Shown piece after piece: positions 38,557 through 47,721 of a DNA stretch of 64,000 bases. The notes under the pieces are model-generated. The model had not been told where the DNA came from. It searched no databases and saw nothing but the letters and a program-made list of their open reading frames with translations. The DNA is from an uncultured Candidatus Micrarchaeota archaeon (GTDB taxonomy: Archaea > Micrarchaeota > Micrarchaeia > Anstonellales > Bilamarchaeaceae). The position numbers were made by a program, and so were the translations under genes. Positions within the stretch are counted from its first letter, which is position 1; the number at the start of each line of letters is the position of its first letter. The stretch lies in NCBI GenBank assembly GCA_963804385.1, contig CAWDQD010000009.1:8890-72889 (forward strand). The letters are read 5' to 3'.

Positions 38557-39176
38557 GTTTTCTTTCTTGGTCTATCCTTAGCGTCCTCTGTACCGAACAT
38601 GTTCATCAATATCGGGATGGCATAGATCGATGCCGCGAACCCTGCTAGGAATCCTGTGAAGAGCCTCATGGCATTCGTGCTCTCATAGACGAAGGGCAGG
38701 AAACCGAACTCAGATATGAGTTGTATCGTGCCATCCAGCGCCAACGGGACTATCGCGAGTATGAGCCAAATCGCGGGCCAGACCTTCTTCTCATTGATGT
38801 CGCGGAAGAGCGGATAGATGAGGGCGGCCAGAAGCATCGCGCCATATATCCCGACATCCCGCGAGCACACCGGCATCTTGTAACCGATGATGGTCGTGGT
38901 GCCGCTCGTGTACTCCTCCTTTATCGTGGCGCTGTCGGCCGCGGTATCCACGAACACGGAATCCTGCGGGGTGCAGTCCCCTATCCAGTAGTTTTTGCCG
39001 TCGCTGAAGACGCACAGCGAGCGCGATATCTTCTGGTGGCAGGTGTAAGAGAACGCCTTATAGAGCACGCTCGTGTCCTGGCTGAAAGAGAGGATGGGGG
39101 TGACGATGATGAGGCCTACCAGTAGCGCGAAGAGAAGTACGTAAATCCCGTAGATATATGCCTCCCGAGTCATCAA
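38550..39176 (-). CDS. DUF2085-like membrane protein
   Basis: 208 aa. The N-terminal TM is followed by a C-x-CHQ-x-C...DC motif. Additional TM helices. Confidence 0.4.
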   Translation of the reverse strand: MMTREAYIYGIYVLLFALLVGLIIVTPILSFSQDTSVLYKAFSYTCHQKISRSLCVFSDGKNYWIGDCTPQDSVFVDTAADSATIKEEYTSGTTTIIGYKMPVCSRDVGIYGAMLLAALIYPLFRDINEKKVWPAIWLILAIVPLALDGTIQLISEFGFLPFVYESTNAMRLFTGFLAGFAASIYAIPILMNMFGTEDAKDRPRKKTQ

Positions 39177-39246
39177 TACCGCCGTACTACGATAAAGAAA
39201 GGTTTTTTAATTAAATTCCCGAATATGCAACTCAAGGTGATCTAGA

Positions 39247-39498
39247 ATGACAGCTAGGCTTTCGAAACTGTACGGCATGGATATCTTCACAGATTCCGGG
39301 AAATTCATCGGCAACGCCCAGGATTTCATCGTGGATCTCGAGACCGGAGAAGTCTCAAGGATATTGCTCGAACCAATCCCGAGCGGCAAGGAAGACGCCA
39401 AGAAATCTCTCCGCGACAAGAGCATCCTCTACAAGAACGTGAAATCGGTCGAGGACGTGATAGTAGTAACAAAGGGTCCGACTCCGGGAGCGCAATAA
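39247..39498 (+). CDS. PRC-barrel domain protein
   Basis: 83 aa. LYGMDIFTDSGKFIGNAQDFIVDLETGEVSRILLE is a typical PRC barrel. Confidence 0.6.
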   Translation: MTARLSKLYGMDIFTDSGKFIGNAQDFIVDLETGEVSRILLEPIPSGKEDAKKSLRDKSILYKNVKSVEDVIVVTKGPTPGAQ

Positions 39499-39514
39499 CC
39501 CGGAGGTTTTCCCG

Positions 39515-39697
39515 ATGAGCACATTGACTAATGTGTTGGTGCTTATCGGTGCCCTGATCATAGGGATAGGTGTCACGTATTTCGGCACCTCCCTGATCCC
39601 CGGCATCGACGAGACGACGCAGATAATCATAGCAATCGTACTCTCCGTGTTCGCATTCATAGCCCTCTATTTCATGACCAAGAGCAGAGGGGGCTAA
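39515..39697 (+). CDS. Small 2-TM membrane protein (60 aa)
   Basis: Two hydrophobic helices. SD-like CCGGAGG upstream. Confidence 0.35.
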   Translation: MSTLTNVLVLIGALIIGIGVTYFGTSLIPGIDETTQIIIAIVLSVFAFIALYFMTKSRGG

Positions 39698-40182
39698 AGC
39701 CATCTTTCTATCCTTCTTTTTATCTCTTTAGTGGGCCTGACCGCCACCATCCCTTCTCCTGGCTGACCGTATACCACCAGGTCATCTTCACCCGCTTTCA
39801 GTATGAACGCCAAAGCAGTCAGGTCCTCTTCCCCGTCTATGAATACGGCGCCCCCCTTCTCCATGAGCGCTTCCGCATCCTTGATAAGGATGTCCGATAC
39901 CGTGCCAGCGGGGTTATCGTATCTCATCATGCTCTTGTACGCCTTTTTCAGGATGTCCAGGGTGTCGTTATCCACATCCGTCCTCTTTGAATGGTAATCG
40001 AAAACCGCGAGGTGCGGCCTTATGCCGAGCGACAGGAGAGTCGCGGTGCACACGTCCCCGATGGAGATTATACGCCTGAAGCGCTCTCTCATGGTGAGCT
40101 TCTTGAATTCGTTCGAATCCCTGAAAAGCTCCCCGATGGGTTTTTTGAGCTCGTTTTTCACTTCCTCGCTTATTTGCACCAT
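39694..40182 (-). CDS. DUF359-family protein, probable GTP-dependent dephospho-CoA kinase
   Basis: 162 aa. KKPIGEL, ISIGDVCTATLL, FIDGEEDLTALAFIL and VVYGQPGEGMVAV match the conserved DUF359 blocks. Confidence 0.6.
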   Translation of the reverse strand: MVQISEEVKNELKKPIGELFRDSNEFKKLTMRERFRRIISIGDVCTATLLSLGIRPHLAVFDYHSKRTDVDNDTLDILKKAYKSMMRYDNPAGTVSDILIKDAEALMEKGGAVFIDGEEDLTALAFILKAGEDDLVVYGQPGEGMVAVRPTKEIKRRIERWL

Positions 40183-40260
40183 TATCTATGATACGCGCCC
40201 TGGATTATTATTGGTACCCTGCTACGAAAGGCTTTTATTGCTGGCAAGCCAACTCTGATT

Positions 40261-40650
40261 ATGCCTTCCCGGCCCGTGGTGCTCGACACGAACTTCCTTC
40301 TCGTGCCGTTCCAGTTCAAGATCGACGTCCTGCGCGAGCTCGACTTCCTGGTGGATGTCAGCCACTATTTCGTGATCTCATCTAGGGCAGTGAAAGAGCT
40401 CGAGGCCATTGGCAAGGCGATTGGCAAGGACGGCATGGCGGCGCGGCTTGCGCTCAAGATGGTCCGGGCGAACGGAGACCGGATAAAGATAGTCGAGAGC
40501 GATGTGGAAGTGGACGACTGGATAGTCGAGTTCGCGAAGGCGAACCGCGCAATCGTCTGCACCAACGACAGCGGCCTGCGCAGGAGATTGAAATCCGCGA
40601 AAGTGAAGGTCGCTGCCATGAAATCCAGATCCAGGGTGGCTTTCGTATGA
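40261..40650 (+). CDS. PIN-domain nuclease
   Basis: 129 aa. VVLDTNFLLVPFQFKIDV (the first PIN acidic residue) and IVCTNDSGLRRRL (the distal acidic residue). Confidence 0.6.
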   Translation: MPSRPVVLDTNFLLVPFQFKIDVLRELDFLVDVSHYFVISSRAVKELEAIGKAIGKDGMAARLALKMVRANGDRIKIVESDVEVDDWIVEFAKANRAIVCTNDSGLRRRLKSAKVKVAAMKSRSRVAFV

Positions 40651-40973
40651 GCGACATGGACATGCTCCCTATCGTCTGCTTCGGAGGCCTGCTACTCGTG
40701 CTCGTGATACTGTTCGCAATGTTGGCCCTCGGATCCGGGGCGTTCACCTATCGCAAGCGCAGCGAAGGCCCGAACACATGCCTCAGCGTCACCGCGAGGC
40801 GCAACCTGGCGCGCGTCTGCCTGGTGGTCAGGATCGGCAACGATGACATAACCTTCGAAAGGAAAAGGATAAGGAAAGGCCAGAGCGTGGATTTCGCCTA
40901 CCCCGCCACCAAGAACCCCGGAAAGCTCACCGTGGAAGTGGAATCAGGGAATGTCCGGAGCGTCGAGGTCTGA
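40647..40973 (+). CDS. Small membrane protein (108 aa)
   Basis: 4-nt overlap with the PIN gene. One N-terminal TM helix. Confidence 0.35.
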   Translation: MSDMDMLPIVCFGGLLLVLVILFAMLALGSGAFTYRKRSEGPNTCLSVTARRNLARVCLVVRIGNDDITFERKRIRKGQSVDFAYPATKNPGKLTVEVESGNVRSVEV

Positions 40974-41005
40974 AGCATTTAAATGCATGGCTGCGTATCT
41001 GCCTC

Positions 41006-41950
41006 ATGATCCTGCTATACCAAGGTGAAGGGTCTGACGCCAATTTCCACTATCATTCGGGCGTGGACATAGACCATGCGTTCCTGCTCATGGACGGGAA
41101 AAGGAAAATCCTTCTTGTGCACGAGATGAACGCCGCCGTGGCCAAAGCGACATTCTCAGGCAAGGTCGTCGTCTACCGAGATGCGATGGCAACGCTCTCG
41201 AAGCTCCTGAAAGGCAAAACCGTCCTTTATGACAGCGATTCCATGAGCGTGCATCTCTTCTCCAGGCTGAAGAAAATCTGCAGGTTCAAGGATCATTCCC
41301 AGGAGCTCGCCCGGATGCGCATCGTGAAATCCCCCGAAGAAGTATCGAGGATCGCGAAGTCCGCGAGATGCGCGAAGGAGATACTCGAATCCCTCGAGAT
41401 AAATAAAGGGATGACAGAATTGGATGTGAAAAAGCAGCTTCTTCTCGCGACATTGGAGCAGGGGCTGGAGCTCTCGTTCGAGCCAATCGTGGCCGCTGAC
41501 ATCGACTCTTCATTCCCGCATTCGCATGCAGGGAAAAAGAGGATCGATTCACTCCTTCTGGTGGATTTCGGAGTGAAATACGAGCATTACTGCTCCGATC
41601 TCACCCGCTGCTTCATCCTGGACGGAGACAGGAAGAAGAAGGAGCAGTACGAGAGACTGAAAGACATCTGCTGGTTCATCGTGGATTCTTTGCCCCAGAT
41701 GAGCAAGGGGAGCGAGGTCTCGGCGCTCGCCAACGACCTGATGGCCAAGGCCGGATTCCCAAAGATGATCCATTCGATAGGCCATGGGGTCGGTCTGGAA
41801 GTGCATGAGCAACCGGGTCTGGGTCCGAAATCTACGGATTCTGTCTCTAAGGCAGCGATGGCGATCGAGCCAGCATTCTACCTTTCCAGATACGGGATGA
41901 GATACGAGGAGACCGTATACAATGACGGGAAGAAAGCCCGTGTGCTGTGA
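41006..41950 (+). CDS. M24-family metallopeptidase (Xaa-Pro aminopeptidase/prolidase-like)
   Basis: 314 aa. HSIGHGVGLEVHE and the metal-ligand pattern D...D...H...E...E are typical of M24. Confidence 0.8.
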   Translation: MILLYQGEGSDANFHYHSGVDIDHAFLLMDGKRKILLVHEMNAAVAKATFSGKVVVYRDAMATLSKLLKGKTVLYDSDSMSVHLFSRLKKICRFKDHSQELARMRIVKSPEEVSRIAKSARCAKEILESLEINKGMTELDVKKQLLLATLEQGLELSFEPIVAADIDSSFPHSHAGKKRIDSLLLVDFGVKYEHYCSDLTRCFILDGDRKKKEQYERLKDICWFIVDSLPQMSKGSEVSALANDLMAKAGFPKMIHSIGHGVGLEVHEQPGLGPKSTDSVSKAAMAIEPAFYLSRYGMRYEETVYNDGKKARVL

Positions 41951-42982
41951 CTACCAGACGCCAGGCTTGTATAATGGCTGTAGAATAGAGATCGGATCAT
42001 CGATTTCTGCCATTGATAAAAGAGCAATCGCACCTGAATGATGCAGGTAGCGCCTGTCTGGACCCCGGTTGCGGTCATCGGAAACCACGCCTCGGTATTT
42101 TTCCCGGATGAAAGCCAATACGGAATCCGGATCCTTCTTCACGCCAACCAGTCGCGTGTGCTCGGCTTTGTCTTGGTGTTTGTTTCGTTCGTATGCCGCT
42201 TCCATCTCGGCGAGCGTATACTCAGTGGCGATCAGGAAAACGTAGAGTGGCGCATCTTCGGTAGCCCAATCGAAAATACGCGAGTGGATGCAGGCAGAAG
42301 ATATACGGTCATCGCTTAGACCCATCTCCGGGGTCAGCTCTTCTGATTTGTATGCGTCATAAATCGGTTGATGACCTGCTATTATGCCTTCGGTGAGCGC
42401 GAGCGCGCCTCCATGCAGTTGGTAAGTATTAGGATACGACGCCCCGCCCCTCAATCCGATGACGAAATAGCCGTCCGCGGTCTCGATTATCCCCCCCACC
42501 GCGATTCCGTTGAATCCGTCTATCGATGCTCCGTGTCGGACCAGTTGTGTTTCATAGCTATGCCGCGGTCCTATCAAAACGGATGGCGTGCCATCCGGCT
42601 GGAGGGTGTGCTCGAGTTCATTCGCAGCCACGTCGTTCCACCATGGCAATGTTATCTTTTGCGCGTGCACCGGATCGATGCAGAGCAATTCGAGGGCCGC
42701 TCTGAAACGGGCGTCTTCTATATACATACCCTTAACGGTATCCGTCATCTCCCCGAGGTTGTATCTATCAAACTCTTTTCCGGTGGTGGTTCGATATCTG
42801 GAAATTACATCTTGGCCCAACCCATCTAACATTACCTTTGCTTCCCTGACTTTGGGTGGCTTTATGGATCCTGGTCTTCCCCCGAAATATCCATGACTTA
42901 GTTTATCCGCTGAGAGCTTGGAAGGGTATTTCGTGAGCGTATCGCGTTCGAATAGTTTTGACACATTTGTCATAATATACAT
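41951..42982 (-). CDS. Hypothetical protein (343 aa)
   Basis: Clean ORF. No recognised motif. Confidence 0.45.
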   Translation of the reverse strand: MYIMTNVSKLFERDTLTKYPSKLSADKLSHGYFGGRPGSIKPPKVREAKVMLDGLGQDVISRYRTTTGKEFDRYNLGEMTDTVKGMYIEDARFRAALELLCIDPVHAQKITLPWWNDVAANELEHTLQPDGTPSVLIGPRHSYETQLVRHGASIDGFNGIAVGGIIETADGYFVIGLRGGASYPNTYQLHGGALALTEGIIAGHQPIYDAYKSEELTPEMGLSDDRISSACIHSRIFDWATEDAPLYVFLIATEYTLAEMEAAYERNKHQDKAEHTRLVGVKKDPDSVLAFIREKYRGVVSDDRNRGPDRRYLHHSGAIALLSMAEIDDPISILQPLYKPGVW

Positions 42983-43260
42983 ATGAATATAACAATATAA
43001 AAATATGCCCGCCCGCTTTGATTTGGGTGGCTGGACGACTCGGCCCTAAACTCGACCGGGGTATCATGGTGGTCGAGCCTACGTTCTGCCTCTCGGGATA
43101 CGGGATGAGGCATAAAGCTTTGCTCCTAATCTCCCCTAAATTGACGACTTTGGGAGCAGGATTTGGACTTTAGGAGCAGATTCGACTTTGGTAGCAAAGC
43201 TGAGGCATAGGAAGACAATATATATTTCCCACAATAATATGATACTCTGAAGGTGACTAG

Positions 43261-43581
43261 ATGTCTGCATTCGAAGGGCCGGAAGATGCCGCAGAATTGA
43301 TAAGCTACCAGGATGGCTCGGTCGTCAGCCGGGAGATCGTCAAAGGTGCTGGAGGCACCATCACGCTTTTCGCTTTCGATGTAGGGCAGGGCCTTAGCGA
43401 GCACACCGCGCCGTTCGATGCGTTGGTAATGTTGCTCGATGGCGAGGCGCAAATCACAATCAGCGGGAAAATCTCACTCGTCAAAACCGGCCAGATGGTT
43501 CTCATGCCTGCAGGGAAACCGCATGCGCTCAAGGCGAAACAAAGATTCAAGATGCTGCTGGTAATGTTAACCAAGAAATGA
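43261..43581 (+). CDS. Cupin-domain protein
   Basis: 106 aa. G(x)5HxH-like and GxxxxxxxPxGxxH motifs (SEHTAPFDALVMLLDGEAQI ... MPAGKPHAL). Confidence 0.65.
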   Translation: MSAFEGPEDAAELISYQDGSVVSREIVKGAGGTITLFAFDVGQGLSEHTAPFDALVMLLDGEAQITISGKISLVKTGQMVLMPAGKPHALKAKQRFKMLLVMLTKK

Positions 43582-43649
43582 GATTATCCATCATCTTGTG
43601 GGAAAAATCAGTTAAAAACGCATTTTAGCAGTTATAACCCCAAAACGAT

Positions 43650-43666
43650 AGGCACATATATAAGCT
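43650..43666 (+). promoter_or_regulatory. TATA box (CATATATAAGC) of tfb promoter
   Basis: Canonical archaeal TATA about 45 nt upstream of the tfb ATG. Confidence 0.4.
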
Positions 43667-43705
43667 ATGTGCATATCTTATTGCAAATTGCGGAGCCTAT
43701 TTCGA

Positions 43706-44620
43706 ATGAGTTCAACATCACCTAACTGTCCAGAATGCAAAAGCAAGCGTATAATTCGTGATTATGAGAAGGGCGAACTGCTGTGTTCCAGCTGCGGCCT
43801 TATAATCTCAGAGAATATCCACGATATGGGTCCTGAGTGGAGAGCTTTCGACAGCGAACAGAAAGAAAAGAAAGCGCGAGGCGGAGCCCCGATAAAGTTC
43901 ATGAGGCCGAACAAGGGCCTCGTCACCGAGATAGACCAGTACAACCGCGACATCCGCGGCGGCAAGATAAGCCCGAAGAAGCAGGCGCAGCTCTACCGCA
44001 TGAGGAAATGGCATAAACGAGTTTCTATCTCAAGTTCTATGGAAAGGAACCTCGTCATCGCGCTGTCCGAGCTCGATCGGGTCGCTTCATCGCTTGGCCT
44101 GCCAGATAATATCAAGGAAAGCGCAGCCCTTCTTTATCGGAGAGCGGTGAAGGCGGAACTCATAAGGGGAAGGCTGATCGAGAGCGTGGTCGCTGCGGTG
44201 ATCTATGCCATCTGCAGGATCCAGGGCATTCCCAGGACTCTTGATGAGATTTCCAAGGCATCCGGTATCCAGAAGAAAGAGATCGGACGCGCCTACAGGT
44301 TCATCAAAACGGAACTGCAGGTAGATGTTCCTCTTACAAACCCGTCCCAGTACATCTCGAAATTCGCCACGGCGTTAAAGCTCGATGGCGAAGTGCAGGA
44401 AGAAGCGGTGAAGCTCATCGGAAAAGCTCTGCGAAAAGGCCTCATATCAGGAAGAGGACCGACCGGGGTTTCCGCTGCCGCGCTTTACATAGCTAGCGCC
44501 ATGCACGGCGAGAAGAAGACCCAGAAAGAAGTCGCGGACGTCGCCGGCGTCACAGAAGTCACGATCAGGAACCGCTACCGCGAGCTCAAGAAGGAGCTCG
44601 GCCTGAAAGTCAATCTGTAA
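43706..44620 (+). CDS. tfb: Transcription initiation factor IIB (TFB)
   Basis: 305 aa. N-terminal Zn ribbon CPECKSKRIIRDYEKGELLCSSCG, B-finger/linker, and two cyclin folds (LGLPDNIKESAALLYRRA, GRGPTGVSAAALYIAS). Confidence 0.9.
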   Translation: MSSTSPNCPECKSKRIIRDYEKGELLCSSCGLIISENIHDMGPEWRAFDSEQKEKKARGGAPIKFMRPNKGLVTEIDQYNRDIRGGKISPKKQAQLYRMRKWHKRVSISSSMERNLVIALSELDRVASSLGLPDNIKESAALLYRRAVKAELIRGRLIESVVAAVIYAICRIQGIPRTLDEISKASGIQKKEIGRAYRFIKTELQVDVPLTNPSQYISKFATALKLDGEVQEEAVKLIGKALRKGLISGRGPTGVSAAALYIASAMHGEKKTQKEVADVAGVTEVTIRNRYRELKKELGLKVNL

Positions 44621-44645
44621 CTCGCAAAAGAATTCGGGTAAAAAA

Positions 44646-44765
44646 TGCAGGGGACAGGATTCGAACCTGTGAAGGCACTAAGCCAAAAGATTTCCCAGAC
44701 CGCGATCGGTTAGGGAACGTCGGGCTCTTAAGTCTCTCGCGTTTGACCAACTTCGCTACCCCTGC
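44646..44765 (-). tRNA. tRNA-Leu(UAA) with ~35-nt intron adjacent to anticodon loop and long variable arm
   Basis: Hand-folded. Acceptor GCAGGGG/CCCCTGC, discriminator A. D-loop AAGTTGGTCAAA. Anticodon stem AGAGA/TCTTT with loop CT-TAA-G|intron|A. Variable arm T-GGC-TTAGT-GCC-TTC. T-arm ACAGG-TTCGAAT-CCTGT. A 3' T-run follows. Confidence 0.75.
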
Positions 44766-44843
44766 GTATTGCAGAGTATATGATGATGAAAAAGTAAATA
44801 AACCGGTCTTAAAAGGGAGGTTCTAAAGGAACCGCAGGTTCCT

Positions 44844-45587
44844 TTAACCGTACATCGAGCCGCCTTCGCTCGCCGGAGGCATGCCCTTCTTCTTAGAGAT
44901 CTTGGCTTTGACGACCGCTTCCCGGAGTCCTTTCGAGAACTCGACCGCTTCCTTGTCGAGCTGGTTGGTGTTTATCTGGACATTGAGGATTTTCGATAAA
45001 ACACGTATCACGTTCGATGCGGCCTTCGGGTCGAGAAACTCTTCTGACGATTCGGCCAATATGGTCGTTATCGGGAAATGCTCGAGCGTGCCTTTGGTGA
45101 GCAGTATGCCGGTCACCCCGGTCGTTGCGCCTTCCCGGATGGGCTTGGCGATCTTCCTGGCGACAGCATCTTTGACTATAGCCGAATCGCTCGATATGAT
45201 ATAGACGCCTTTCTTCTCGTCCTGGAGCGATATGCCGCCCAGGCATATTATAGATGAGGCTCCGACGGATTTGGCGAACTCGAATATCTTTTCCGCGACA
45301 TCGAGCGAGGATCCGACCGGAATGGTCATCTCGGATATGACGACGAGCATATTGTATTTTTCTGAGTAGTGGATGCGGGCCGGGGGCATGGGCTTGAAAT
45401 CATGGATGGCCGCAAGGGGAGCGAACTCGGCGCTCGACACATATCCTACGAATTGCATCTGGAGCGCATCGACTATCTGCGATGCGGCGACGCTTCCGAC
45501 GAGTCCGGTGCCCGGGAGCCCAATCACCAGCGTCGGTTTCTTCAGGTTTTTCAAATCCACGGTCCTATGTATCTGTACGTCGCCCAT
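44844..45587 (-). CDS. PAC2-family protein (proteasome-assembly-chaperone-like)
   Basis: 247 aa. N-terminal LVIGLPGTGLVGSVAASQIVD resembles the PAC2/DUF75 signature of archaeal PbaA/PbaB-type proteins. Confidence 0.5.
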   Translation of the reverse strand: MGDVQIHRTVDLKNLKKPTLVIGLPGTGLVGSVAASQIVDALQMQFVGYVSSAEFAPLAAIHDFKPMPPARIHYSEKYNMLVVISEMTIPVGSSLDVAEKIFEFAKSVGASSIICLGGISLQDEKKGVYIISSDSAIVKDAVARKIAKPIREGATTGVTGILLTKGTLEHFPITTILAESSEEFLDPKAASNVIRVLSKILNVQINTNQLDKEAVEFSKGLREAVVKAKISKKKGMPPASEGGSMYG

Positions 45588-45610
45588 GGTTACTCTTGGA
45601 GTGACAAACG

Positions 45611-45620
45611 TTTTTATATC
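45611..45620 (+). promoter_or_regulatory. TATA box (TTTTTATATC) for sec61-beta, leaderless spacing
   Basis: The TATA centre is about 27 nt before ATG 45642. Confidence 0.35.
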
Positions 45621-45641
45621 ATTCGTATCTCATTCCATCTA

Positions 45642-45806
45642 ATGGCACAGCAAAGCGTGTCCATGCCGATGGCTTCGGCTGGCATAATAGGGTTCTCCAA
45701 AGACATCAAGATCAGCGGCCTAGAGGTCGACCCCAAGCTACTCATCGTTGGCGTCTTCGCCATCGTCATAGCCGTGCATGTCATGGCGGCATTGATATCG
45801 TACTGA
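45642..45806 (+). CDS. Preprotein translocase subunit Sec61-beta (SecG)
   Basis: 55 aa. SAGIIGFSKDIKISGLEVDPKLLIVGVFAIVIAVHVMAAL fits the archaeal Sec61-beta family (GLxRYxDE...I.P.xVl..x..fi.. TM). The longer ORF 45369..45806 is rejected as a read-in. Confidence 0.6.
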   Translation: MAQQSVSMPMASAGIIGFSKDIKISGLEVDPKLLIVGVFAIVIAVHVMAALISY

Positions 45807-45816
45807 AAACGCCACT

Positions 45817-46944
45817 TCATACCCGCTTAGCTTCAGCCATGAGCCTCTTTATCTTACCGCCGTCTTTATCCCTGACGCTCTCGTCAGCGAGCACGAGTAT
45901 GCGCATCCTGTCCTCCTCAGCCACCTTGAGCGATTCGACCAGTTTCGAGAGCTTTATGATCGGTTGCAACTTGCCGTCGATCTCGACTTTGAGCTCGATA
46001 GGCTTGAAGAACTGGTGCGGATAATCCACAATGACCTCCGTCCCCAACCGGGCCGAGATGGCAGCGCCGAGTTTCCTGCATCTGGCCTCGTTCCATCCCT
46101 CCTTCGGGAACGAGCAGACTTCCTTGTAGAGTTTTCTCTCGAGGAGGGCCTTCGCGTAGACGCCTCCTTTCTTGGAGCGCCTCATCTGCGCCATCGCCTC
46201 TTCGTCATCCATCTCTTCGAATCTCTCGGGTTCCAGGGTTCCGTCTTCTATGGAACCTTCGATCGCGCGATAGAGCATGGCGGTGGCTATGCGCACGGTC
46301 CGATGCATGTAGACCGCGGAGAACATCATGAATCGCGCCACAAGCAGGTATTCGGCTGCCTCGAAACCTCCTTTGCCTATGCAGAGCTGCCCATCCCTGA
46401 TTATGAGGGTGTGCACTATCCGGTCCATGTCTATTATGCCGTAGGCCACCCCGGTGTTGAGCGCATCGCGCTTCAGGTAGTCCATCCTGTCGGCGCCCAG
46501 ATCCGAGGTCACGATAGCGCCTTGCGGGGTGCTTCCGATGCCCGCTATCTCGCGCGGATCGAAATTCTCGGATATTATGTCCGCGAGCTCGCCCTTGGTC
46601 ATCCTGTTGACCCCCCGCTTCTCATGGTCTCCTATGTATTTCTTCACCACGTCTTCGCCTTCATGCGAGAAAGCGGTGTGGCCTATGTCGTGGAGCAGGC
46701 CATATAGCTTCACTTTGCGGACATCGTCCTCAGGAAGCCCGATCTTGCGCGCGATGACCGATGAGAGGTGCGCAGTCCCGAGCGAATGCTCGAACCGGGT
46801 GTGCGTGGCCCCAGGATAGACCAGGTTCGTGATGGACATCTGCTTTATCCTGCGCAGCCGCTGGAAAGCTGGGCTGTCTATTATCCTTCCCTCGAGCTCA
46901 TCGAACTGGATCGTGCCGTGGATGTCGTCTTTGATTATCATCAT
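45817..46944 (-). CDS. HD-domain phosphohydrolase (dGTPase/SAMHD1-like)
   Basis: HTRFEHSLGTAHL, LLHDIGHTAFSH, DRMDYLKRD. Start chosen at the internal MMIIKD overlapping the upstream stop (TGATG). The ORF-track start 47022 would overlap the upstream gene by 79 nt. Confidence 0.8.
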   Translation of the reverse strand: MMIIKDDIHGTIQFDELEGRIIDSPAFQRLRRIKQMSITNLVYPGATHTRFEHSLGTAHLSSVIARKIGLPEDDVRKVKLYGLLHDIGHTAFSHEGEDVVKKYIGDHEKRGVNRMTKGELADIISENFDPREIAGIGSTPQGAIVTSDLGADRMDYLKRDALNTGVAYGIIDMDRIVHTLIIRDGQLCIGKGGFEAAEYLLVARFMMFSAVYMHRTVRIATAMLYRAIEGSIEDGTLEPERFEEMDDEEAMAQMRRSKKGGVYAKALLERKLYKEVCSFPKEGWNEARCRKLGAAISARLGTEVIVDYPHQFFKPIELKVEIDGKLQPIIKLSKLVESLKVAEEDRMRILVLADESVRDKDGGKIKRLMAEAKRV

Positions 46945-47693
46945 CACACCGGAGCGAACACGCCCTTCTTCTTCTCGAGTATTTCGCCCGCTTCGGACAT
47001 TATGCGGAGCACGGCCATGCATCCTTCGGGGTCGAGCTTGGTCGCGGCAGAAACCGATGAGGCATCCATGTCCTCGGTGAGGGCCTTGCTTATCGTAATT
47101 TGCGCCTGGTTGAGGTAGCCTCTTGTGACCACGTAGAATTTGCCGTCGAAGCCCTTCACTCCGGCCACAGCCCCGTTCTTCATCTCCTGCGATAGGCTTT
47201 CCGACAGCGTCCTGGCCTGGTTCCTGTCGTTCATTACTATGAACCCTTGGCTCTTGAGGAGGCTGGTAAGGTCGTTCGGAGACGCCTGGACCTCCTGGGG
47301 CGTTGGTGGCGCCCTGCCTTTCTGCGCGAGCAGGTAAGCCTTGTCGCTGATATTGTAGACCCCATCCTTGTATTTCGTGCTCTTGAAAACGTTCACGAGA
47401 CCCTTGCGCTCAAGCTCCGCGAGCACTGGTTTCTCGTCCTTGCCGAGCACTTTATTGACATACGCCGGGACGCGCTGCTCGAAACGTATGGCGAGGAGCT
47501 TCATGAGCACCGCGCTTTCGGCACCGCTGATTTGATCCGTCTTCGCTGGCTTTGGCTCTTCCTGGCCAAGCGGCAATGAAAGTAGGTAATATCCTGGTTT
47601 GAGCGGGAATAATTCTATCTCGTCATGGTTTGAGAGATCCTGGGGCAGCTCGATGTACGAATTGTCCTGCCTTTTGATCACCCGCACCCGCAT
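46944..47693 (-). CDS. Hypothetical protein with N-terminal SpoVT/AbrB-like swapped-hairpin motif
   Basis: 249 aa. MRVRVIKRQDNSYIELPQDL is AbrB/MazE-like. Confidence 0.4.
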   Translation of the reverse strand: MRVRVIKRQDNSYIELPQDLSNHDEIELFPLKPGYYLLSLPLGQEEPKPAKTDQISGAESAVLMKLLAIRFEQRVPAYVNKVLGKDEKPVLAELERKGLVNVFKSTKYKDGVYNISDKAYLLAQKGRAPPTPQEVQASPNDLTSLLKSQGFIVMNDRNQARTLSESLSQEMKNGAVAGVKGFDGKFYVVTRGYLNQAQITISKALTEDMDASSVSAATKLDPEGCMAVLRIMSEAGEILEKKKGVFAPV

Positions 47694-47721
47694 ACAGGTG
47701 ATTCCGCGTCTTCATTTTAAA

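Noticed and set aside
43126-43452. 108-aa minus ORF
   Set aside because: It overlaps the start of the cupin gene on the opposite strand and most of the structured intergenic region. It has no SD or TATA context.
45369-45641. N-terminal extension of the Sec61-beta ORF, a 145-aa version
   Set aside because: The extension is antisense to the PAC2-like gene. A TATA box at 45611-45620 places the start at ATG 45642, giving the expected ~55-aa Sec61-beta.
46945-47022. Extended start for the HD phosphohydrolase, 401 aa from 47022
   Set aside because: It would overlap the upstream same-strand gene by 79 nt. The internal Met pair (MMIIKD) overlapping the upstream stop (TGATG) is the typical operon junction.
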